Below are positions 14,845-27,991 of a stretch of DNA of 64,000 nt, in pieces. Numbering within the stretch: position 1 is the stretch's first letter; the number at the start of each line of letters is the position of its first letter. The DNA is from the human T2T-CHM13v2.0 reference genome, Homo sapiens, in the NCBI RefSeq assembly GCF_009914755.1, contig NC_060927.1. The stretch is one strand, 5' to 3'. The position numbers were made by a program, and so were the translations under genes. The notes below the pieces were generated by a model. The model was not told where the DNA came from and did no database searches. It was given only the letters and a program-made list of their open reading frames with translations.

Positions 14845-15170
14845 TGATTTTGTTTTTAATTGACACGTACATATTTATGGGGTATAATGTGGTATTTCAA
14901 CACATGTATTCATTGTGTAGTGATCGAATCAGAGTAATTAGCATATCCATCACCTCAAATATTTGTCATTTCTTTGTGGTGAGAACATTAAAAATCCTCT
15001 CTTCTCGCTATTTGGAAATATGCAATACAATATTGTTAACTGTAGTTACCCTATAGAGCAATTTCTAGAACAGAACTTTTTCCTCCTGAGTGTAACTTTG
15101 TACCTGTTGACCAGACTCTCTCCATCATCCCTCCCACGATCCCTAGACTCTGGTAACTGCTATTCTATCA
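14845..15170 (-). mobile_element. L1MA 3' fragment
   Basis: gtacatatttatggggta...catatccatcacctcaaa...tttgtggtgagaaca...tattgttaact; reverse complement of an L1MA 3' end. Confidence 0.85.
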
Positions 15171-15189
15171 TTTCTGATACCCTGCAACT

Positions 15190-15630
15190 TCAAGTCCCCA
15201 GGTGGCTCTGCCAGAGCGTTCACGATGACGTCCCATTCCTGTTAAGCTATGCCTCTATCCTCAGTGGAAACAGCCCGGGCGTTCCTAGGAGTGAATCAGC
15301 AGTCCGCTTTATCCCTTCGAATTGAGCAGGAATTTGTTGGTTGTTTGGCTCCGGAGCAGGTGGCGGCGGGGGCTGTGGCGGTTGCGTTTCCTCTTTGAGG
15401 TGGGGGCTCAGCTGTTTCCTTGGTCATGCGCCCCTGGTAAGTGCCTGGAGGAGGCAGAAGGCCAAGAATACAGCTGAGACTTGGTCTGCTGCCAACTCCC
15501 AGCAGCTGCTGCTCTGTTCTCTGAGCTGGAACCGACTCCAGGCTGCTATGTGGCCTGATCTGGCATTCAGGGAGGGGCTTCAGAGGAGTGTCACTTGCAT
15601 ACTCTGAGTGACTTAGCCCACCTGCTATTT
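15190..15630. promoter_or_regulatory. Candidate enhancer / alternative promoter
   Basis: GC/CpG-rich patch in AT-rich DNA; six CAGCTG/CAGGTG/CACCTG E-boxes, CRE-like TGACGTC at 15226-15232, consensus donor CTG|GTAAGT at 15436/15437. Confidence 0.45.
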
Positions 15631-15961
15631 TGTGTGTGTGTAACCTAATTCAAGTGAGACTTCTCCAACATTCGAATTACATGAAAAATGTTAGGTCACT
15701 GAAAGAAACAAACTTTTCGCTCCTTTGGAGGCCAATGAATTTGCAGATCTTAAAGGAATGATTTTAAAAGTTAAAAGCTGAGTGGACCACCCTAACTCAG
15801 AATACATGAGTTTAATATAAGTGTGTCTTGGTTTATATTTATGTCTGTCTACATATGCACAAAAGCAACTTGGAAAGAATACAGGACTAGAAGAAGAACA
15901 GAGTCTTAGGCTTTATGTGGCCTTTATGTAGATAAATATAAAGGACAACAGCATTGCCCTT

Positions 15962-16040
15962 GGCCTAAGCTTTTTTTTTTAATATGATAACAAGATCATA
16001 AGCGGCCTAAGCTTTTTTTAATATGATAACAAGATCATAA
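15962..16040 (+). repeat. ~40-bp tandem microduplication
   Basis: ggcctaagc(T)n aatatgataacaagatcataa twice (T10 vs T7), separated by gc. Confidence 0.95.
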
Positions 16041-18523
16041 AACTCTCATGAAATTATGAGAGCTTGTTTTTGAAGTAAAAATTTAAAGTAAGTGGAAAGT
16101 TCTGAGCAAAGTGCTATACATGGACACTCTAAAAATATCTGCAGAATCAAAATGTGTACTTAGATACCACACACATACATCCATGTATCTAGTTCTACAT
16201 TGCAGTAGTTAATAGGTCTTTTCAAATGACTTTAACACTGAGTTGTTTTGTATAGTGAAAACATTCATTTGGAGGTAAGAGGTTATATCAAACATTCAGG
16301 ATTTAGTCATTTCCTATATTTGAGAAACAAGAAAAGAATCCTCTGGGTAAATATTGCATTTGTTCATGAAACCATCCTCATTTTCAAAAGCACAGCTGCA
16401 GATGAAGAGCTACTTAATGAACCCTATTCCATTTTGTAAAAAGTTAATACAACTTCCCCCTGGAGTCTCCTAGAGGGCAGGGCTGTACTCCAGTCATCGT
16501 TGTAATGCTTGTTCTCATCAAGGTATTTAGTTAGTGTATGCACAATATGTGGAAGGCAGTAAAATGTATCCTGCTCATTAATGGTTTTTTAAAGGAAACG
16601 TGATAGAATGTGTGCATTGTTGTGGTTTCTAAAACACCCAGATCATTGCTCACTGTATGATGGCTCAACTGGGCTGTGCCCATATCCTCAGAACCTCAAC
16701 TCCAACCTTACGGTTCAAAGAATAGTGGTTGGAAGTAGGAGCTGATTAAAAGTGGCAAACCTACTTGGGGGATACTCAGTCAAGGAGATTAATAAATAGT
16801 ATATACTGAGAATGATACAAATGAATACCGATGTTGTCACTTATACACCCTTCCCTGAATCTAAACCTACCAAGCAGAAGGGAATTTAATTTCTTTAAAT
16901 GGAGTTATAGGGTATTCCCACAAACTGCTATTTTTTTCTGAAAATTTTTTACTGGTTTCTTGTAGAGGGAAGCAAGCTTAGAACAAAATATTCCAATCAG
17001 TGGCTCCACACAAAAATATCCCTGAATTCTTAAGAAATTTTAGCCCAAGTCATATTGCAAAATTATTCTTGACTTTGTTTTCAGTGATTTTGAGTTGTTT
17101 TGATTTTGACATTTATTCCAAGCACAAAACATATTTTATGATAATTTAAATGTCTATTTAATTAATCTTGACATTCTTTTGGCATTATTCAACTAGTTTT
17201 AAAATTTTTGTTAAATTATTTGGTTGTGTGTAGGTGTAGGGTTTTTATTTTAGTTTGTCTTTGACATTAATTTCAAACATACATTTTTATAGACTAAATT
17301 CCTTTTATTGCACATTTTATTAAATGTACTTCTTCTTAATTTTAGCTTTATTAACAATTTTTCCATTATCTTTACTTTTCTATTTTTTGATTAAATGGGT
17401 AATTATATTTCAACCACAAACATGCTTTACAGTGTGATTAACACTGCAAACAGGCATCCAAATTAATTCATTATTTTCTATCTCTTCTCAGTCTTTATGT
17501 TTACTTTTTCCAAATATAAAATTAAACAGGTTTTTTTGAGATTTGGAAAGGTTAGAATAAACATGCAACCTCAACTATCCCCTGTGGTTCTACCCACCTG
17601 AATTGCCACTGGCATCACTATGGCATGCCTTCAGTATTTATTGCCAGTCATGTAGTAACTATTATCCTCACTCATTTCAAAAGCGTATGGATAAAATTGA
17701 AGTCCCAGAACCAATCTGTCAGAATTTAGGCTCTGCCTCACCCCTAGAGTGAAATATTTGATATGCTTAATGTATCTATGACTCAGCTTCCTCCACTCTA
17801 AAATGTGACTCTTTAAGGGCTAGTCCTATTATCCTACATTCTTTAATCAAAATACTGTCAGGCACAGAGTGAGTCTCCAATAAGTATATTTAAATTGTTT
17901 TAAATTGATACTATTTATATTAACATTTAACTTAAGTTTTATTCAAAATCTCAAACTGTATCATAGCAAAACTAGTTTTATTTAGCAATCTGATTTGTGG
18001 TAGTGATAATGATAATGGTAAACTAATTTAAGAATGAAACCACAGTCATTTTGCATTGTGATTACGTGTCATAATCTCATGACTAGTTAAATTTATGTAT
18101 TAATTCATTAAATAACTAATTCATCAAGTTATTATTGAATTCCAAGCATTCTACTAGATGTTTTAGTACAATATTCCTCATTTTAAAATAACTTATGTGA
18201 GAGAGGGTTAAGTCACTTTCAGATTCTTCTCAAAGAAGCAGTAATCTTTTTGCATTGACTCTTGGAAGTTGGACTCTATTTGTAGCTTCAATCACTTCTT
18301 AATATATTTGAAAGAGGTGCTAGATTAAAAGAAGAGAAAAAGATATGTAAGAGTCCTTCTAGTTAATTAAAAGGAAATGTAATCCAGTCTTAAATTGGAT
18401 CATAATGCATGACAAGTTAATTTATAATGAAATTTTGCAATGGTATTGATGCAGTATCACTCCAAAATACTGCACTTTGGAAGTCAGTAAGTCTTGAAGA
18501 TCACCTGCAGTACTTTTATTCTC

Positions 18524-18741
18524 AAAGAAGAAGAAGAAGAAGAAGAAGAAGAAGAAGAAGAAGAAGAAGAAGAAGAGGAAGAGGAAGAGGAAGAGGAAGG
18601 AGGAGGAGGAGGAGGAGAAGGAGAAGAAGAAAAGAAGAAGAAGAAGAAGAAGAAGAAGAAGAAGAAGAAGAAGAAGAAGAAGAAGAAGAAGAAGAAGAAG
18701 AAGAAGAAGAAGAAGAAGGAGAAGAAGAAGAAAGAAGAAAG
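18524..18741 (+). repeat. Compound GAA/GAG microsatellite: (GAA)16 (GAGGAA)4 GAG-run ... (GAA)28
   Basis: Read directly; 218 consecutive purines. Confidence 0.98.
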
Positions 18742-21700
18742 TCATAAAGTAAGTGAGAACACAAATTTCCCTCTCAGGAAATTCACAATGTCCCTCCCTC
18801 AGAAATTTCTTGCTACTATTCATGGTAAAGTATCATCTCTGACTTTGTTCTTATCCATTTTGGGGGAAGAGTATTCCTAAATATAGAAGTGTAAATTTTT
18901 GGAAGTGTATATTTTTTAATAAATTAAAATAAAATGGAAACCTAAAAAACAGAGCATTTTTAGTATTTGGATGGGCAGCATTTCTTTTCAGTTTTGCAGC
19001 ATCACCTTAAGTGTGGCATCTTGGTGAGCCTAGTGGATTGCCAGTAGAGCAAATAGCCAATGTAGTCCACTGGCTGGCATGCTATCTTCTCCTTGCTCCT
19101 GCTGGAGTCTCTGAAGTGTAGAGCAATCATGGCCTAATCTGGAATTGGCATCTGGGAGTATGCCCAAGCCCCATATGAGTGGTCAGGCCACAGAGTTGCC
19201 AGCAGAGAGCTAGTGCTCCCAAAACTGAAAACGAAGTCTACCAGGATATGAGGATAGTTTTGAACCACACAGGATTTTAGATACCTGGGATCTGCCGTTT
19301 TTACATTTGCAAATTGCCAAGATTCAAATTACACAAATTATCTATGCACACACATAAATATTTAAAATTATGATACTAATAATGCCTTGTGAGACTGACT
19401 AAAAGTAGTCATTTATGTAAATATGCTTAGACTTCTTTGGTACTTGGAGATTCAAGTTACTTCTCTCGTCATCATGCATGTTTTGAGATGCAACAGGATC
19501 TCATTTTGTTCTTTACTTTCTTTATATCTTATTTCCACTGAAAATATGTAATCTTTGAGGCATAGAACACATTTTTCTATTTAGCAGACTTTATCAAATA
19601 CGGGGAAATGCTATTCTTAATATAATACTTAACTATAATTATGAACAGTCCTCTCTGCTAGGTGCTAGCAATAAAGAATAAATGACCCCTTTTGTTTTCA
19701 CAGTTTTACATTTATTTTTGCTGCAGCCTTCATCATATTAATACATTCCTCCAAATATTTCATATTCTACTTTCATATATTTGCAGGAGAGTTTTTGACA
19801 GTTGGGTCTTCCTTCTTTCCTTCTTTCCTTCCTTCCCTCCTTCTTTCCTTCCTAATTATAATTATGAGCAAAGAAAGGTAATAATTTCTCCCACTACATA
19901 AGATTTTTCCCAAATATTAGGCCTTAGACTTTATTAAGGAGACTACTCAACAAAAAGATTCCACTTCTGAAAGTACCTTGCTATATGTTACAAATGCAAC
20001 TACTGGCTTCTCCTTTCTTATCTACTTTAAAATCTTGAAGGTTTCACAAATAAGCCCACAGCTCAGAAGCTGAGTATTTTATATTACATAAGATTGACAG
20101 ATAGTTCATTTCTGTGATATATCAAATTGTAAATTTGATTCTTTTTTGGATAATTTTATCCTAGCAATTTCCACATCCATAGTTTGGATGTACACTCTTT
20201 TAAACGTTCAAAACCACACTTTCTTATGTTTCCGTTCTTTTGTGTAATGCCAGATTTTCAGCCTCCATTTCAGGGATCAGATTGTTCCATTTGTCATAGG
20301 AATGCCACATCACATTTTCTTTTCAAGTGCAAGGTTACACATTACAGACACCCAAGTGGGTGGGTTAACTTCACATCTTTCTTTCTGAAGTGTCAATTTG
20401 CACTAGGTGTACCAACAGTTTTCTTCTATTGAAGTGTCTGTAAAGTACACTTTAAGACTATTTTGTGTGCCCATCACAACCATGTACAAAGCTAATTACC
20501 CCTTCCAGGCACTTAGCTTAGGCATTGTAGAATCCATAAATAAAATCCCCAAATCTTCAACTTCATCAACAGGACTCCCCAGGGAGTTTCTGAGCACAGT
20601 TTAACCGTTTTTCTTCAGTACTGCATGGACCATTCAGCCCTGGGACCACACACCAATGTCTGTCATCATCTGAGTTCAGATTGACTGTGACCCTCCAAAA
20701 TATCAATAGTTTCTGCCAGGTCCTTCATTTAGTATAGTTTGAGAATCTGCTTTTTCCTCTTTCTTTAGTAACAGGTAATGATAGCAGGTTCTAATAATTC
20801 ACAGAGATTATACCAGCATTTATTTTTATAAGATCATTGAAAAGTATTAAATATTTTGAAACATGAACATTACAAAAAGCAAACACCCATTTTCTTTGAC
20901 TCTGGCTTGCTAGGATTGAAGGGTCTTATTGTCAGGTTTGTGCAGGGAACACCCAATTAGGAGAGTCCATCATGCAGATGTTCACCTGAAAATGCTTTTA
21001 GTCTTGAATGTAGTTACATTCAACTCTCTCACTTCTCCTTCAAACAAGAATGTTTTGTTTAAAAAGGAAAAAAAAAGGAATATCAGATAAAGTCAGTCTT
21101 ACAGCAGGCAGGGGATATGAGGAGGTTGACATCATCGGGTCATATCAGGCTTTTTAGGTAGAGCATGCTCCTGTGATCGTAATTCTCACATTGAATGATG
21201 ATAGGTCGGCCAAACTCAAACTGCAGCCCTTCTCTTACAGATGACCAACCACATGATCTCTTTCAGTTATTTTCAAAGCAGGGCATCTGGAGTCCGATCA
21301 GCATTGCCACAGATGGACCCAGAGCCTGAGTGCTGCCTGCCACAAACAAACACACGCCAATTCAGATGGTTTAAGTGGGAAAGTACCTTCTGGCTAAGCT
21401 GTGGACACATTGAAAAAAAAGAAAAACACGCAGATTCTGCTCCATCAATGTGTTGTGAGGCTCCTGAAAATGTTTTCCTCCCAGGAATGTATTCATTTAT
21501 CCTTTCAACAAGCTGGTATCGATAGTGCTCCTGCTCTGCACTAAACAACAGTTGGAAGATACACTGGCCTGCGGGCCCTCTCTGTCCAAGGAACTTAGAG
21601 TCTAGTGCTGGCATTCTTCATCTGGAACATTTATTCAAAACGCTAGTATTTAAAGCATGGCCCCAAACACAAGTCAAATCCTTGACAGCTTAGAAATAAA

Positions 21701-23249
21701 GGCTTTGAGACACTCTTTTGCATATTTATTTTCATATGCCATACATTTGCTGTACCAGAGTCTCTGTAAAGGCACATAGCTCCTTTCACTCCCCTGGCTG
21801 CTTTCCTTGTCTCCCAGGAAAAGAGACATCAGATGAAAAACACTTCTGCAACCCGCTCTTCAGCACTTGAGGTCCTGAACATGGACACTTTTCCTGCAGT
21901 ACATCCACACCCATTCTCAGGTAGTTTTGTTGTTATTCTCTTGCGTTTTCCATTTAAACACACTGAAAGATATTTAACTGTGGTGAGGAAAAATTCCAAC
22001 ACAATGTTGCTACCAAAATAAATGCCAATGTCAAATGAATTATTTTATATTTCAAGTTGACCTATTTTCAGAAAGTCTGAGGAGAGTAAGAATGATTTCT
22101 TGAACACTTACATTTTTTTCTAGCAAATATGTTGATCTCAACACAGCCCTTTTTTGTTTTCATGACTGTTTTCAGTGGTGTTAATATGTAATTTTATGTA
22201 ACACTATATTGGGCAATGTAGAGAAAGGAAGAAACAAAACAGGGAGAAAAAACAAAAGACCCTAGCATTTAAGAGGAGGCAGAGCAGGCACATGTGATGA
22301 GAATATATTATCTTCCACTTTGTAGTAGGAACACCGTTGCCCCTGAACTGTGTGGCACTTCCTCCTAAGGGGAAAAATGACAGTTCGATGAGGACCCTGT
22401 TAGAGTAAGCACTCAGAGGAAACCTCATGCAATACTGAAAGAAGTCAAGTGTGGAAGAAAGGAGAGAAAGACATTGCTTTATCTAGTATTTTTGTCACCT
22501 AGCAATATAAGCAAGGCCTAGATGTTTGGCCAGTTTAATTATGATAAATCATGCAATTAATGATGCCATCACTTTCTCAGAAAAACTCAGAAAGCACCAA
22601 GAGCCTGAAGAAACTCAACCACATGTGCATCATCAGTTCAAAGGTTCAGCACTCTCCTTTTATCTTTAATGAGAATATCTTTTCCATTGTCTCTGTTTTT
22701 CCTTACTTATATGCTTTAGTTTCATTAAGATAGATTTTCAAAATTAGCTTTCAAGAAGACATTGAGAAAACCCTAAGTTTAATGTTAGTAGTGTCATATG
22801 TGTTTATATTATATGCTTCAGTCCTCTGAGTTGCTTTGCTCTCAAATCCCTTTGTCTGCTGACTTCTGTAATTAGTTTCATAGCTGCTTCCTAGCAAGCA
22901 CCATCTCTTTCCTTTCCCCGGTATCCTATCCAGAAGGCCACAAAATATTCTGCACAGTAGGAGATCAATAAATATGCCTAGCTCTCTGTGAATGGATAGA
23001 CCCACTATCACAGAGCTTAACAAGACCAAAACCTTCATGAGATCCAAACCTCCAGAAACATGTCCTGGTTTTACTTTCAGGTACCTTCTAGTGGCTGTTG
23101 GTTTAGTTTAAGAAAAAACTTTATTGCCACATTAGTTTTCATAGGTCTTTGCATGATTAGATATCTTGGCCTTTAGGTGGAGGATGCAGAAACACAGCAA
23201 AGTCACATAGCCATTACTGATTAGAATCCAGGTAGGGCTTTAAGCCTCT

Positions 23250-23372
23250 TTTCATTCACTGAGTCAACAAATCCTACTATGTGCCAGGCACTATTCTTAG
23301 TATTGGGGTTAATATAGAGATACACAAAATAGGCAAAAATCCCCATGATTGTGGAGTTTACATAATAGTGGG
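23250..23372 (-). mobile_element. L2 3' fragment
   Basis: ttcattca...caacaaa..cctactatgtgccaggcact...tggagtttaca..tagtggg. Confidence 0.65.
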
Positions 23373-23575
23373 AAGAGAATCTTTTTTACTACTTGGTTCA
23401 AATTTTGAGCTTTGTTAAAGAATGATTCATCTGCTTTTTCTGAGACCTGGGGAATCCAGTGATTGAACGAGCCATCAGCCAGCCAACTTAACACTAAAGA
23501 TATAGGACAGGCAGACAGCTTGCTGTCTTCCCTGCTGTAGGCTAGCAATGAATAGATGTATTTGATGTGAGGATA

Positions 23576-23749
23576 AGATGTAATAATCTGTGTAGAAAAT
23601 TCAGTCAAAAATTATCCCTGTAGTACTCAGTAAAAGGTAGTTGTAATGATATATGTAATAATCTATGTAGAATTATTAATAGATGTAATAATCTACGTAG
23701 AAAACTCAGTCAAAAAATACCACTGTAGTACTCAATAAAAGGTAGTTGT
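23576..23749 (+). repeat. 69-bp diverged direct duplication with a partial third copy
   Basis: Copies at 23576-23644 and 23681-23749, partial at 23653-23672. Confidence 0.9.
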
Positions 23750-26484
23750 TTCATTGGTGTGGTTGTTGAATCTTGCAGAAAGAGAATGCTATTAAGATGT
23801 TAACACAAAACTATAGCTCAGAGCTGCCCTATATAACTGGAAACTCCCTTTGTTCCTGTGTCTTCTGAAATTCCACAAGCTATGCTTAGGATGGCAGCAT
23901 ACATCCGTTTCTGCTAATCTCTCTCTGCCCTCTGTCCCTCCCTTTTGGAAGTGGAGTACACCTCCTGTGACCATAGCTTCTGTGATCACAGATTCTATAT
24001 GCTCACATTTTGCCTTTTAATTTTGAGGACTTGCCCCCTTTCATTCTTTTGCGCCCCTAGAAAGAAAATCCTTTCATTCGTTTTGCTGTTAAGGAGGGAG
24101 CTGAGGTCATAGATGGGCAATTTAAACTTCTATGTTGATTCCTTTTTAAAAGGTTTGGGAGTGATGATTTTGGTAATAATAAATCTGAAAAGGCAATATT
24201 AAGGCATGAAATAGTCATTTATGGTAGCAAATACAAAGTATTGACATAAAACAAAGATGTCATAGCAATGGAAACATCTTATTTTCCCTAATGTATATAT
24301 AGGAGTAAACATGGCTTTTATGGACATTTCAAAAATCAGACAAAATAACAACTTAGCAATTTTTGTTTGCTTTTATTCATTTTACCTAAATGTCTCTTCC
24401 TTTTAACTTTCTTTGAGAAAGGTTTTAATAACTCAAACACTTAGCTCCCATTTTGGCACCTCTAACTGCATCACATTTGTTATTTCATTGTTTTTGAAAT
24501 GACAGATGCTTCTTTCACATCTTGGAGGAATGAAGAAGAAAAGAGTTCATGTCAGATATAATGATTACTATTAAAATTAGTATTTCTCCCCCATTTATAA
24601 AAAATGCCTTTTTTCTTTGTGTTGAATTGTATGTTTTTGAACCCTTTAAACCAGAATTGAAGATATGCATTTTATGAAAAATTCTTGTTCCATTAGAGAG
24701 TGTCTCCAATAGAAATAACTGAAAATAAATAATGAATTGTTTTCTTGACATCCAGATAAAGAAGAAACTTTTAAATATTTTATTGAATTGAATTGAACTG
24801 GATGTAGAATGCAGAATTTCCAGTACCAGTTAGATTAATAATGCCCAAACAAGAGTATCATCATTTCAGAGGATCATTTCACGTTTTCATCCCTGAAATA
24901 GTACTTCTTGATATAGGAGATCATAGAACAGTGATACTGAGAGAAATATATAGGATAAGTGTGTAACTCACTGAGATTAAGAACATTTTTGTCTTAGAAA
25001 AGTTATATGGTATCGTTATCCACAAGATCCCAACAGTATTATTTAAGTACCTGTGAAATTTGTTTCAGTTACACAAGGAATCATGAGGCCATTGCTCAAG
25101 TCTGAGATCCTGGCTTTTTGCTTGAAGATTAAGGAGATGTTTTTTTTTGAAATGTTACCCGTGTTTCAGCACCAATATGGATTGTAATTAATTGTTCCAC
25201 ATTAAAAAATTATGATGCCTACCTACAAAACCTGGGTATACTTTATCTGGGAATAATGCAGGCATGTGATTTTCTATGTGGCTTTTGGAAAGATGGGCAC
25301 TATGAGTTATAGGTGTGGAAGGAGGAAATTGGGCAGCTAGATCTCAGACAACTTTATGGCATTCTGATAGCTATGAAAAATGGGCCTTAAGGATTTTCAA
25401 AAGGAGAAGCTGAGCATAATATTTAGAAACCCAAATGTGTCCATGTGATTTGGGGGATAAAACCAAGAAAGAGACACACATGCCATCATCAGATGATATG
25501 CTCAGGACATTTCTGTGCAGTATTTGTAGGCTCGTTCACAAGGAGAAAAGATAGCGGTCCTGTGAAAAACAATGTGTGGGTCTCTCTTGCGACATACTGG
25601 GAATTAATTGCACAGATTAGGTAAACTTGCCCTATATTTCTAATAGAACCATCACTAGAGAAACACAGGTTATTGAAAAGAGCTCTGACACCCAGTCAAA
25701 ACGATTATGTTTCCTGAACCATCTCTGCTTGTAGATAAGTCTGGTTCTAGATCTTGTCCAAATCATTGAATTTAATGTCAGTTAGGCTAACTAATTTCAA
25801 GCTCCTTTGCAGCTCTGTGGTTTTCTGGGAATTTGCATTTTTTTTTTAAAGTTTGCATCATGCTGGAGGTTGATGACACCACCTTTCATGTGGGTAAATT
25901 ATGCCAGACTCTTAATAGAATGATGTTGGAAATGTAAGGTGGTGATTTGCCTGTATGGGTTATGGAAGTTTAGGCCATTTCAAAATCTTTGGACTGGTCT
26001 CAATGGTCACACACTCAAACTGAAACTAACCTTGATGCTGTCGGATTCTTGGCTTATTTTCTAGCATGGGAGCAGAGCCTTTGGCTTCTTTCTCTGTGAC
26101 ATTGATTTTGGTCAAAAAAACCCTCCTTATCTGTAGCAGAAATATGCACAAACTGGGCCAGTCTTGTGACAAGGCTGCCCATCAGCTATTGCATTCCATC
26201 CAGCTCTCTCATTCAGATTATTGACATCCTGATGTTTGTATTGTTCCAGGACCATATCCAGGGTAAGCTTTGGGAAAAAAATTATAGAGTTGTCTTTTTC
26301 AGTGAAATATGATGTCTGTTACCCTTTGTTGGTGAAAGCACATTGGCTGTACATGCATTGATTCTGGTGGAGGTGCAGGTGTTCTCTGAACATTGCATTT
26401 TCTCTATCTAACCTTTTTATTCTTGCCGTGTCCACATTGGATAGATAAATAGCAATGTATGTCACCAGGTACTGCTAAGATGAA

Positions 26485-26523
<39 letters not shown>
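26485..26523 (+). repeat. (GAT)13 microsatellite
   Basis: Read directly. Confidence 0.95.
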
Positions 26524-27960
26524 AGCATTTAGTAGGTACTGGTGTGAGTCAAGTACTAACCATGGAATGTTACATCCACAGAACTAGTCTGTATACATAT
26601 GTGTCATCAATATGTCAGAGGAAATTTTGTAAAGCAGAATTCCAATTTCCCCTCTTATAGTATCATTTTCTGCCTTTGATCTGTAGGTGTGTATATTAAT
26701 TTGCTTATTTTTTAATTTGTATTCAGGAAGAAAAAAAGATTTTGAAATGTGAGATTGTGTTAGTTCCTCTGAATAACATGTCACAATGTAGAACATTCTT
26801 GCTCATAGTAGAAGCTCAGTAAAGACTTGTTATACAAGTGAAGAAATAAAACACTGGCACAAGGCCTTTCTTCAGATGTTTTTATTGACAACAGACTTTC
26901 CTTAGTTTTAATGGCATTCATGATTATTATGGTGCTACTCCTTTGCACAGCTTTGGCATCAGTTCCTTCCACTTTTGGCATTCTGCTAAATGTTGATCTT
27001 GGTTATGTTTGATCCAGGTTACTACACTTAAAAAAGAAAATGTGAGATCCTATATATAACCTTCTACATGTTTATAAAATGTCAGGCTCTTAGATTAAAG
27101 CTTAAACAAGGATGTTCATTAAAACATTTATATTCCCTGAAATCTTAACCAGAAAATTTATTTTCTTAAATGTCCTCCTCTGTTCTTCCAATAAAATGGT
27201 TCTCTGGCAATTTTGGCATTTTCATGATGGCTCAAGAATCTAACAGAATGCCTGCACATGAGGTTGAGTTTAATTAAAGGGTAAAGCTCCTGGTTGAGTG
27301 TTTCTTATACACTATTGAACGATTGCATTTTGGGTGTGTAATTAATGTGAAAATTTCTCATTGATATTTTTGATCACCTTGGGAAAATTTCAGACTTGCT
27401 AAAGATATTAGTATGTGCATTCTATTCATGGCGTTGTTGCTCTTATTTTTGAAATGATTACATCCCAATGACTTTTTTTTACTTGCTTTAAACTTAATTT
27501 TAAAGGTTCAAAATCTTTCTTAAACTTTAACAGAATAATTGTTTTGAGAATGGGTTATATGCTTGGCTTATATAGTATTGCAATATTTATATATCTATGT
27601 GGCAATTTGACAAATCAATCATCACCCCAATATACAAGTGGTTTTCATTTACAGAACCATGCCCAGCTTAAAAAGAAGAAGCAGTGCATATAAGCAAAAC
27701 ATTTCAATTTCAATAAGTAAATCTTGACTGTGTTGTTTCATCATAAAGTACCCATTGCTAATTTGGGTTAATATTCGTCCTTCTCTTGTTTTTAGCATAA
27801 ATATTGTGAAGAAAGTGACTAATACAGTGACACTCCCAACTTATTGATAAAAATTTACCTTTAATTTCCCTTTCATCGGTGAACTAAATTATTGCCGAAA
27901 TTTGAATCAAATCTGACCTTTCTTTCCCAATTGGTAGCACAGTGATTAATATGTGTAATA

Positions 27961-27991
27961 CACACACACACACAGACACACACACATACAC
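27961..27991 (+). repeat. Imperfect (CA)n
   Basis: Read directly. Confidence 0.9.

Noticed and set aside
13505-15170. Inverted pair of L1MA fragments as a dsRNA/ADAR substrate
   Set aside because: The copies are clearly diverged with large indels, so a stable long duplex is unlikely.
18422-18880. Poly-E/R/K/L/S ORFs on both strands
   Set aside because: Translations of the GAA/GAG microsatellite, with no exon structure.
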